DNA from: Planctomycetota bacterium
GTDB taxonomy: Bacteria > Planctomycetota > GCA-002687715 > CAIWVZ01
Reading direction: 5' to 3'
Length of the DNA: 64,000 bases
Assembly (NCBI GenBank): GCA_044222185.1
Contig: JBGANV010000002.1
Location: forward strand, 868,711-932,710
The notes under the pieces were generated by a model. It was given only the letters and a program-made list of their open reading frames with translations. It was not told the DNA's origin and did no database searches. The position numbers were made by a program, and so were the translations under genes. Of the stretch, positions 55,762 through 64,000 are shown in pieces (the stretch's first letter is position 1; each line of letters opens with the position of its first letter).

Positions 55762-58239
55762 GTGGGCAGAATGTGTATGCGGCGCGTCGTAGCCTACACC
55801 ACCGTAGCCGTCATCGCAGTATTGGCAGCCTGGCAACTAATCGAGGCGCCGAGGCAGGTGCCCACCTCAGTCGTCATAGACGCGGCTGACGGGCTGTCAA
55901 CGCGGGAATACGGGCCGACGCACCAATACAGTGGGCGGCCGCTGACGCCGGTTCCATTCGCCCCCGACGAACCTGAGTGCTGGCAGTTCGTAGGCCGCGT
56001 CGTTGACGGAGTGAGCGGTCAGGCTATCGCGGGAGTGGAAATATGGCCTTGCAGGAGAGTCGCCCAGACGCTGACATCGGCTGACTGGAATAACACCGAC
56101 TTTGTCTTCCGCTTGCCCAGCGGTGCCACGGCTCACGCGGTTGGGTTATCGCTTATTGCATCCGATCCGACCGACATCGGCGCGGTTGGCGTGCCCACGA
56201 TATGCTCCATTCCGGACGCGGTGGTGGATGAGGCGCGGGCTGTTACCGATCGTGACGGACTATTCGCCGTGACTCTAATGAGAGGCACAACGCTACTCCG
56301 GCTAAGCCGAAAGGGTTACGTCACAGCAACCGTTACGGCTAACGCTGTCTGGCATGAGGGCAGTGAGCGCGTCACTGATTTCCCACTATTCGAGGGTGTG
56401 ACTCTCGAAGGCCAACTGCGCGACGAAGCCGGGGCGGCTATTCCTGACCGCACTATTGCGTTTTGCAGCACCGCTAACGGCCAAGTCTGGAGTGTAGTGA
56501 CGAATTCAGACGGGCGGTTTCAGGCGACCGTGGGTGCGCGAGAGACGGTGATCCCTCGGTTGCTCAGCACGGACATGCACTTGAAGTGGCCCGTGCTAGC
56601 CGTCAATTGTGCCACGGACGGCCCCCTCAACCTCACCGCAGTGAGTTCATGGGTGATGAAGGTGGTCGATAGTCGGACCGGCAAGCCCGTGAATCGGTTT
56701 GGGTATTCGTTGGTCAACTTGATATCGGGCGCGGTGTGGTGTGAACGTGATGTAGTGGATAATGATGGTCAAGTCGAACTACTCGGCGACGATAGCCGCG
56801 TGCACGCGAGTTTGCGTGAGCGATTTGAGTTGAGTGTAGTCGCAGATGGATATGAGTTGTTCAGTAGGACGCTCGAGCCATCCCCGGAACCGAGCCCGAT
56901 TATTGTCGGTCTCATCGCCGGCGATGTTCCGACGATATGCGGTTCGCTGCTCGACCATGGTCGACCGGTCGAGGGCCAGGTCGGGCTGGTGCGGGCTGGT
57001 GCGGGGCAGGTTGCGTCAGACCTTGTCGAGTGCAAGGGAAACTTCCGGACCCGCGTTGGGCCGTCCGGGGAATTCCGGTTGGTCGCTCCGCCGGGCGATT
57101 ACTTCGTTTGTGTGTCGGTGCGAGAGGCAAGCGTAATCGTGCCAGCCCATGTGCCGACAGCGGGACTCTCGATCGACCTATCGAAGTGGGGAGGGATAAA
57201 GCTGAATGTTAGCGGCTGGGACCCCTCAATGCGGGGACGGCTCGGGTGTCTCGTGGCAGACAGTCGGACCGGCAGGTCCCACGAACTGTGGGGCGAGACC
57301 ACAATGATATCAGGATTGGTGCCAGGACCTTATGAGTTGTCGATTCGCGAGCGGATTTCCCAGCGAAGCGTGACCAGTGACCCGATTCATGTGCAGGTCG
57401 TTGCCGGCGCGATTACAGAGGCGGTCGTGCACGTGACGAGGCCCGACCAGCCGTCAGGTAGTCGAGCCGTGCGCATCACCGTCGACGGCTCATCGCCGCG
57501 TGGTTTATGGCGGAGTCGCTGCGCATTCGGTGGTTCAAACTGGGTTGCAGTCAGTCATGATGGCGCCGTCATGCACCAAGTAGTGACGCCCACCACCATC
57601 GAGGTTATCGCACCTTCCGACGAAAAATGGCGCGTGAAGATTCCGCCGGGGAGCGGCGAGTATCTCGTGACGCTGACGGATAGTGACGGGCCGGTCATAG
57701 TATTGGTGACTTCAGATGGAGCGCCGTTAGGTGGTGTAGTAGTGAAAGCGATAGGAGCAGATGTAAGTGTCGAGACCACGACCGACGCCGCGGGGACGGC
57801 GTCAATCAAGGCCCTCGATGTCACTCGACTATCTGTCAGTGGCGGTTCGATGCACACGACAGTCACTGCTATCTGTACATTCAGTGAATCATTAGGGCCC
57901 GGACGGCACAAACTATACGTCCCAGATTGGACCAGAGCACCGAGATGGCCGGCCAGCGTGTTCGGGTCGGTGCTTGGAGCCGGCGGGCGACGGGTTCACG
58001 CGGCGGAAGTCAGCGCGCGGATCGTGTCAACCGGTCCTGGCGGCCACCGGTGGGAGGTTTGGTCCAGCGAGTGGCGGACGCAGGCCGACGATAGCGGAAG
58101 GTTCAACATACCGGTCCCGCCGTTTTCCGGCGAACTGGCAATAACGGTCAGATCAGGGGGAGTGGTCGCCGTCGAAAACCGCATGGTCGACGCGCACCAC
58201 GGTTTGAGCGAGAGCATCGATGTGGTCCTGGGGCAGTGA
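55762..58239 (+). CDS. Membrane-anchored protein with carboxypeptidase-regulatory-like beta-sandwich repeats
   Basis: N-terminal TM; GRVVD..SG..IAG, TD.DG.F, G.L.DE.G..I repeats; lower-GC codon usage. Confidence 0.7.
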   Translation: MGRMCMRRVVAYTTVAVIAVLAAWQLIEAPRQVPTSVVIDAADGLSTREYGPTHQYSGRPLTPVPFAPDEPECWQFVGRVVDGVSGQAIAGVEIWPCRRVAQTLTSADWNNTDFVFRLPSGATAHAVGLSLIASDPTDIGAVGVPTICSIPDAVVDEARAVTDRDGLFAVTLMRGTTLLRLSRKGYVTATVTANAVWHEGSERVTDFPLFEGVTLEGQLRDEAGAAIPDRTIAFCSTANGQVWSVVTNSDGRFQATVGARETVIPRLLSTDMHLKWPVLAVNCATDGPLNLTAVSSWVMKVVDSRTGKPVNRFGYSLVNLISGAVWCERDVVDNDGQVELLGDDSRVHASLRERFELSVVADGYELFSRTLEPSPEPSPIIVGLIAGDVPTICGSLLDHGRPVEGQVGLVRAGAGQVASDLVECKGNFRTRVGPSGEFRLVAPPGDYFVCVSVREASVIVPAHVPTAGLSIDLSKWGGIKLNVSGWDPSMRGRLGCLVADSRTGRSHELWGETTMISGLVPGPYELSIRERISQRSVTSDPIHVQVVAGAITEAVVHVTRPDQPSGSRAVRITVDGSSPRGLWRSRCAFGGSNWVAVSHDGAVMHQVVTPTTIEVIAPSDEKWRVKIPPGSGEYLVTLTDSDGPVIVLVTSDGAPLGGVVVKAIGADVSVETTTDAAGTASIKALDVTRLSVSGGSMHTTVTAICTFSESLGPGRHKLYVPDWTRAPRWPASVFGSVLGAGGRRVHAAEVSARIVSTGPGGHRWEVWSSEWRTQADDSGRFNIPVPPFSGELAITVRSGGVVAVENRMVDAHHGLSESIDVVLGQ

Positions 58240-58368
58240 CAGCAGCCTCGGTGAGCAGGAGGTCCATGAGGAGCCATGCAGTGGAGCTCGCGGTCTTGGG
58301 GGTGGGAGCGTGCGTCGTCGTTCGTTCGCGATAACCCAACTTATCGAGTGCACCGCGTGGAGCAGGCC

Positions 58369-58406
58369 GGGGTCCCAGCCGCAGACGTGCAGAAACCTAC
58401 GGTAAG
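58369..58406 (+). mobile_element. Tn3-family 38-bp terminal inverted repeat
   Basis: GGGGTCCCAGCCGCAGACGTGCAGAAACCTACGGTAAG (38 nt, GGGG...TAAG); inner part repeated inverted at 58437-58453. Confidence 0.75.
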
Positions 58407-58628
58407 GACCCCCCGAGAGGCCTCCGGAGGCGCCGCTACCGTAGGTTTCTGCAGAGATCCGGGTCGACCGGCACGGCGGGTGCTGCGGTACTCTGGCGGG
58501 CAGGCACCGGGAAACGGGTCAAAGTGGAGCGAGATCTCCGCGTTGTAGCCTGACCGTTTCGCCTTGAGGACCACACGTCCCGGTCCTTTATCGGGAAGGC
58601 GGCGGGGATGACGGATACCGACCCAAGG

Positions 58629-58918
58629 ATGCGGAGGTCCTTCACCATCCCGGTCGACCCGAGCGATGAAGAGCTCGCCCGCGACTGGACACTCACCCCG
58701 ACCGACCTTGCGGAGGTGCGCCGCTGTCGCGGGGTGGGAAACCGGCACAGCTTCGCGCTCCAACTCTGCACGGTGCGCAGATTCGGCCGCTTCCTCGGCG
58801 AGGACTTCTCGGCGGTGCCAGTTCGAATCATGAACCACATCGGCCTTCAACTCGGGCTCCAACCGGTGCTCTTTCTTGCGCCGCCCGCACGAGAGGCGAC
58901 CGACCTCGAGCACGAGGA
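58629..58918 (+). pseudogene. Tn3 transposase N-terminal (DUF4158) fragment, interrupted by IS21
   Basis: SDEELARDWTL...D...R..NR.SFALQLC.VR.FGRFL. Confidence 0.75.
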
Positions 58919-59375
58919 TGTGAACGCCGCCCCAAAAGTGCGGCACCCGGGCGCCCTCGCGGGCGCCGGTCGAAAAGTGAGACGCCGGTGGCAGTGTCCT
59001 GCCCCGGGGTCGTGGTGGATCTGAGGGAGTTCCTCGGTGTCCAACCCTCTCCTTGGGGCGGGAGGAAGGGTGTACACCGACATGGAGATGTGGGGAGATA
59101 TCCGCCGACGGGTCCTGGTCGAGGGGACGTCGAAGCGGTCGATCTTGCGGGAGTACGGGATCCACTGGAAGACGCTGAAGAAGATCCTCAGCGAGGCCGA
59201 CCCGTCGCGTTCGCGGCTCGGAGAAGACGAAGGGCGAGCGCCTCGCAGAGGAACAGAAGCTCTTCCTGCCGCTCCCCAAGCAGCGGTTCGAAGGCCGACG
59301 GATCGAGAGGACGACGGTCTCGTCGTTGTCGCTCGTCCGGTTCGACTGCAACGACTACTCGGCTCCGACGGAGTT
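58919..59375 (+). mobile_element. IS21-family relic (IRL plus internally deleted istA)
   Basis: TGTGAACGCC..AAAAGTG repeat end; MYTDME.W..IRRRVLVEG.SKRSI.REYGIHWKTLKKIL; LPLP..F...SLVRFD.NDYSAP. Confidence 0.78.
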
Positions 59376-59379
59376 GGAG

Positions 59380-59924
59380 CGTGCGCCGATCCTGCTCATG
59401 GGCGTCGAGCCCGCGAGACTTGTCGGGTCCACGCTCCACTGGGTCTACTCCCTCGTGAACAAGCGGTACTGCGACCGACGGTGCACCGTGGTGCTGTGCC
59501 CGCTCGATCCTGTCGCGGCGTACGAGAGCCGGTTCCCCGGGCAGGACGAGGGCACCATGCCCCGGCTCGTCGGACGGATTCTCGAACTCGGTGACGCCGT
59601 CGAGGTCGCGGAGGACGGGGCCTACTGCGTTGAGTTCGTCTTCAGCGAGAAGGCGGCGACGGACTACGTACTCCTTCGCAGCGCCGCACGCTGGTCCCGG
59701 CCCGGGTCGCGCGGGGCCCGTTGGGCGAGGCCTGGCTCGTCGGTGGCATCGCCAGTCTGGGCGGGCCGTACAGCTCCGGGACGCTGACGGACTTCCGGAT
59801 CAAGATCCTGAGGGACCGGGTCGGGACGGTGGCGGTCGTGAAGCCCCGGGATGATGGGCTCGACGAAGACTTCGGCGAGGACGACGAGGGCGAGGAATGG
59901 AAGAGCGGGGTCGACAGCTTCTGA
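59380..59924 (+). pseudogene. Truncated, frameshifted gene fragment with acidic C-terminus
   Basis: Coding-like sequence in two frames (59326-59787 and 59721-59924), 5' part lost at the IS junction. Confidence 0.35.
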
Positions 59925-59931
59925 GCACACG

Positions 59932-60350
59932 CGCCGTCGGCGGAGCGGCCGTCGAGGCGCCGCCCGTCGTGGATACGCCGGACGCGGCAGCTTCCTTCGT
60001 CCACGGCAGGTGCATCCGACCGACGGGGCTCCGTGCCTCCGGCGCAGCCTCCTGAGCGATCCGGCGAGGGGGCAAGTAGAAGCGGATCCTCCGTCCGAAG
60101 CGGCGTGGGGCAGGGGTGAACGGCGCAGTTGCATCGCGACTGCGCCCTTGGTGTAGACTCTGCCCCGCCCACGGCCGAGCTGGATGAGTCGTGGAGGAGA
60201 GGAGACTGCGTGGCGAATCGAGGACGAGCTCTTCGGCGTGACGTACTCGGCGTCCAACGCGACCGTGCTCCGAAAGGCTACCCGCGGCGCCATCCTCAGA
60301 ACCATGGACTCGTTCAAGCCGATCACCGTGACCCGAGGAGACGCGCGGCA
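59932..60350 (+). repeat. Repeat copy 2 (diverged, no IS-end motif)
   Basis: Shares GTAGAAGCGG, exact CCACGGCCGAGCTGGATGAGTCGTGG and ATGGA.TCGTTCAAG...ATCACCGTGACCCGAGG with copy 1. Confidence 0.8.
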
Positions 60351-60528
60351 CCCTGCCGTTCGGTCGGTGGTGATGAGGCCTCGGACAAGGAGTGCAGAAT
60401 GCTGTGGCTGGCAGCACGAATCCCACCGACATTGGTAGCCTACCGCAAAGGAAAGGCATAATGCTGCGGCACTCCATGATAGGGGGCCGCTCGGGGTTAA
60501 CCCAAATCAAGACTCCGAAATTGCCGAT

Positions 60529-62706
60529 ATGCAAGGAGGCGGTCTCATAATGCGCGACGACGTAACTGTGCGTGGACTATTTGAAGGACTGTTCGGACAT
60601 AGGGAGCTCTGCAATCTGCTGTGTTGGCCGCCTGACCTGTTCGCGCTGACATCCGCCGTGCTTTCGCAGAGTGGAGCCTACCACGCGGTCGTGTCTCCCC
60701 CGCGGCTACCGACGGCACCGACGTCGTTCTCGAGACGAATCGGAGTGCCACTTGTCGGTTTCAGCCAATGGCCTCCACGCTTAGCTCGCGCGGGAATGGT
60801 CGTCATCGACTGGAATAACGTTAGCGAAGCGCACACCGGTCTCGAGACCGCCCTTCATGGAAGGGTCATCAGGCGCTACCAAAATAAGGCGAGGCATTTC
60901 GCGAGAGCATTGAAGCAAGACGACGCGGCAGGGTCTTGTTCGCGAAAAGCTGCTAAGCGACACCATGGCCTCGCCGAGAACCCCTCAGTCCCGCTTGAAA
61001 GCGCACCGTCGGACTGGGAGCGACAGGTCGAGGAATCATCGGTGAACTGGTTACTGCTTCTCGCTGAAACCGCCAAGGAGATTGCTGGTCCGGTAGGCGC
61101 CGAGCCTTCGGCGGAGAGATTCATCGCTTCCGCGAGAGAACGACTTAGTACGATATTCACCGAATGTGAACTGCTGACTTGTGCCTGGTTATCACTTTGG
61201 CAGCTGGCAGATTCTGAAACCAAGTCCGCGCGTGGGATCTTAGAGTTCCAAGACCTCGACGAGAACCCTGCCGATAACTCGGAGGAATCACGGGAGAGGA
61301 AGCAAAGAGCGGCAATTGGCCTCTACTCAATTCTAACGTTGCATGCCATTGCGGACGAAGTCTGCGCGTGTTGGGGGATTCGAACGACGCTACCGGATGA
61401 GCGGTTCCTTCCCGACTGGAGCCATAAGGCGACCGACGGCAGGGCCCTATTGAAGATCGCCGCTGGCCTACTTGTAGAACGAGGATCGCTCTCGACGATA
61501 TCGGAAACGACCGGTCGCGTCTTACCTAAGCGTCACAATCCAAGCGTAGGTATTGCGCTCAGGTCGGTGTCAAACAGCATCGCATTTCATCGTTCATCGG
61601 TTCAAGTCATTTGGCAACAATCGCCTAGAAGCGATCTGTCGGAAAAAGTAGATGCCAAGCGCTCTCTCTCGGTTCTCATTCTTCCCTGGCCACTTGTCGT
61701 GCCCACTAACAGTTTCTCAGAAAAGCTGTGGGCTCGTGGCCACGAACCGGTGTCGACCTCCGCTGCATATGGTTACTTCTCATACTATCCATATGGGCGT
61801 CGCGAACCACAGCCGGACTGCGCCGGCTTCCTGTCGGAAGTAGGTACGATCATCGCTGAAGCAAAAAGGGACATAGGATCAGTGGACATGCTGATACTTC
61901 CCGAGTCGGCGATCCACAGGTCGTGGCAGGCGCAGCTTGAGGGCGTTCTGCAGGGGTATGGGGTGTCGGGGTACGTTGCCGGCTTTGTGGACCCCCCGCC
62001 GTTGGGTCCGTCAAATGCGAATAGGTTCGCTCGAAATGGGCTTCTGGTGCGGTTTGCGAGCCACGTGACAGGAACCAAGACCAGCCATTTCTCTCAGAAC
62101 GAAACGGAAGCATGTGTGCAGCATAAGCACCACAGGTGGAAACTCACACGATCGCAGATCGAGACGTACGGCCTCGGCGTGCCGCTCTCTCCGACGCGCG
62201 ACTGGTGGGAGGCGATGAAGATCGCGCGCAGAAGCGTCGCGTTCTTCAATATCGGAGAGTCAATTACGGCATGCGCTCTCATCTGTGAGGATCTGGCCCG
62301 GCAAGATCCAATAGCGGATCTGATCAGAAACGTCGGCCCGTCGATGGTCGTCGCGATACTCTTGGACGGTCCGCAGCTAATCAGCCGGTGGCCGGGTCGC
62401 TATGCTAGCGTCTTAGCCGAAGATCCAGGAAGTTCTGTGTTGACATTAACTAGCTATGGCATGGTGACGCGGTGGAACCCGACATACGGATGCGACGCTG
62501 ATCGGCAGATCGTTGCGCTGTGGCACGATTCCCAAGGAAGGCCGCGCGAGATCCCATTGAAGCACGGATCGGCTGGCATCCTGCTTAGCCTAAGTCCCGT
62601 CGACAGAAGGGAAGTGACCGCAGATGGAAGGAAAGAGAAGGTCCAGACCACGGCGCTTACCCTCAGTGGCATTTTACAAGTTGGGTTTCCCGGGAAAACA
62701 CGGTAA
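60529..62706 (+). CDS. Hypothetical protein with C-terminal carbon-nitrogen hydrolase (nitrilase)-like fold
   Basis: DMLILPES (E), QHKHHRW (K), LICEDL (C) in nitrilase triad order; lower GC. Confidence 0.65.
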   Translation: MQGGGLIMRDDVTVRGLFEGLFGHRELCNLLCWPPDLFALTSAVLSQSGAYHAVVSPPRLPTAPTSFSRRIGVPLVGFSQWPPRLARAGMVVIDWNNVSEAHTGLETALHGRVIRRYQNKARHFARALKQDDAAGSCSRKAAKRHHGLAENPSVPLESAPSDWERQVEESSVNWLLLLAETAKEIAGPVGAEPSAERFIASARERLSTIFTECELLTCAWLSLWQLADSETKSARGILEFQDLDENPADNSEESRERKQRAAIGLYSILTLHAIADEVCACWGIRTTLPDERFLPDWSHKATDGRALLKIAAGLLVERGSLSTISETTGRVLPKRHNPSVGIALRSVSNSIAFHRSSVQVIWQQSPRSDLSEKVDAKRSLSVLILPWPLVVPTNSFSEKLWARGHEPVSTSAAYGYFSYYPYGRREPQPDCAGFLSEVGTIIAEAKRDIGSVDMLILPESAIHRSWQAQLEGVLQGYGVSGYVAGFVDPPPLGPSNANRFARNGLLVRFASHVTGTKTSHFSQNETEACVQHKHHRWKLTRSQIETYGLGVPLSPTRDWWEAMKIARRSVAFFNIGESITACALICEDLARQDPIADLIRNVGPSMVVAILLDGPQLISRWPGRYASVLAEDPGSSVLTLTSYGMVTRWNPTYGCDADRQIVALWHDSQGRPREIPLKHGSAGILLSLSPVDRREVTADGRKEKVQTTALTLSGILQVGFPGKTR

Positions 62707-62740
62707 CAGTCGCGGAGCGCGTTATGAGCCTTGTGGTCTG

Positions 62741-62953
62741 CTCGGCGTCCAAGACGACGGTGCTCGGCGTAAGGCCACTCGCAACGCCATCCTCAAGACC
62801 ATGGAGTCGTTCAACCTCATCACCGTGACCCGAGGCGGCGGCCGCCAGCAAGGCCCTCAGGGGTGACATCATTACGTGGAGACTACAACTGTGTTCGGAG
62901 GCGACGCCCGCCGGCAATCCCCTCAGGAGTGACATCATTACGTGGAGACTACA
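62741..62953 (+). repeat. Repeat copy 3 with tandem duplicated end motif
   Basis: TGACATCATTACGTGGAGACTACA ends at 62887 and again at 62953. Confidence 0.85.
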
Positions 62954-62988
62954 GGGGTGAAAGAGCACGAGCCGAGAGAGGAATAACA

Positions 62989-63504
62989 TTGGTCCAGAAG
63001 GCGAAGGGACTATCGATCGTCCTATTGTGGTTCTTAATCGCGGTGTTTGTAAACAGTCGGCCAAGGATTGATGTTCTGTCAATTATCGCGACTTACGGTG
63101 GCGGGATCTGCGCTATTCTGATTGCGATGTCATTGATCGATCGAGATGGGCGGACCACTACTCTGATTGTGATTGCCGCTATCCTGTTGATCATTGGAAT
63201 GACTGACCCGATGCTTCGCTGGAGCATGCGATCTCGATTTGGCGCCAGCCGCAGGGCGCTCGAGCGGATCGCTGATCATGTCATGACTCGCGACGGCACA
63301 CATGGGTCCGGTGCGGATGCCGGGCTGTTTACTGTCAGACGTGCTGAGCGCGATGGCAATCTTGTCCTACTTACGACCAATGCATCACTTGTCGGTACCA
63401 TGGGATTTGCCCGTAAGATTGTGGGGGGCGGGGCGGAAGCGAAATGGGGTATCGACGCAACTCCAATCGATGACGAGTGGGCGGCATTCTACTATGACGA
63501 ATAG
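62989..63504 (+). CDS. Small membrane protein (3 TM + soluble domain), orphan immunity-like cargo
   Basis: TTG start after GAGAGG; three hydrophobic segments; lower GC. Confidence 0.55.
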   Translation: MVQKAKGLSIVLLWFLIAVFVNSRPRIDVLSIIATYGGGICAILIAMSLIDRDGRTTTLIVIAAILLIIGMTDPMLRWSMRSRFGASRRALERIADHVMTRDGTHGSGADAGLFTVRRAERDGNLVLLTTNASLVGTMGFARKIVGGGAEAKWGIDATPIDDEWAAFYYDE

Positions 63505-63952
63505 CGGTTTGATTGGGGTAAGCACTTTGATCAGCCGGTGTCCCCCGTGGTGCAAACGCCGATCGCGCCAAAAACGACGCCGAACTGGCCTATGAAAACC
63601 ACCGCCGTCGAGCGAGCGGGGGCCGCGACGGCATAGCTCCGCCCCAGCGATGACGACAGTCGATGGCCTGTCCTGCAGGAAGTTGCCGCTCATGCGGCGG
63701 GACGATGGTAGGAGCTCAGCAATCCGCCGAGCCTCTCGCGACGCCGAGCAACTCCGTCTCGGGATCCGACTGGCGCCTCTGGCTCGAACAGGCTGAGGCG
63801 GTCGTGCTGGCGCCGGGTCAGGAATCCTGCCGGGATCGCGACGGCCAGCGCGAACGGCGAGCGGCGGGGGAGGCTCATGGTGGCGTGCGTGGCCCCCCAG
63901 AACTGATGGCGCGAGCGGCGGCCTCGGTGTAGGCTGGCCGCCTGCGGCGATC

Positions 63953-64000
63953 GTGCTCGGCGCATCGCCACCCGCAACGCCATCTTCACGACAATGGAGT
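63953..64000 (+). repeat. Repeat copy 4 (cut by window end)
   Basis: 48 nt identical to 55598-55645. Confidence 0.85.

Larger units (their letters stand above)
30912..64000. mobile_element. Genomic island adjacent to tRNA-Trp (right boundary not seen in window)
   Basis: Compositional shift after the tRNA, tyrosine integrase, phage-satellite genes, defence genes and IS relics; no attR copy of the tRNA 3' end found by eye. Confidence 0.75.

Noticed and set aside
62701-62730. TAAC...GTTA after the nitrilase-like gene as an integron attC
   Set aside because: Only ~21 nt between the cores, far shorter than attC; no IntI-specific insertion seen in either recombinase
55251-64000. Repeats as a CRISPR array
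   Set aside because: Copies are long, degenerate and kb apart with genes between them; no regular spacers or cas genes

Overview
High-GC bacterial window, probably Planctomycetota (inferred from gene content and style, not proven). 1-30.9 kb looks like core chromosome. It holds a heme operon (hemA-hemC ... hemD-hemB-hemL) split by a ~5.5 kb insert carrying a membrane pseudokinase and a PAS hybrid kinase, an OYE oxidoreductase, a binding-protein/metzincin fusion, an unannotated 29-aa bL37-like ORF and two giant IPT/TIG surface proteins. It also holds an unusual operon: FHA fused to a degenerate FtsZ/tubulin-like domain, a motif-degenerate ADP-ribosylglycohydrolase with an RGG tail, a PP2C phosphatase and a Ser/Thr kinase-FHA. 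After tRNA-Trp (30839-30911) a genomic island runs to the window end. It begins with a Helicase+DUF2290 defence pair, then a satellite-like element (integrase, AlpA, SpoVG-like, Prim-Pol/D5 primase, ParB-MTase, TerS and TWO intact tandem TerL paralogs, but no portal or capsid) and a Xer-like recombinase with a dif-like site. Further on are HsdR_N-RAMA and helicase-Vsr defence-like genes, Tn3/IS21 relics, and an array of lower-GC cargo genes, each preceded by a copy of the same degenerate repeat, usually ending in an IS-end-like motif. All calls come from motif reading by eye; no database search was run.
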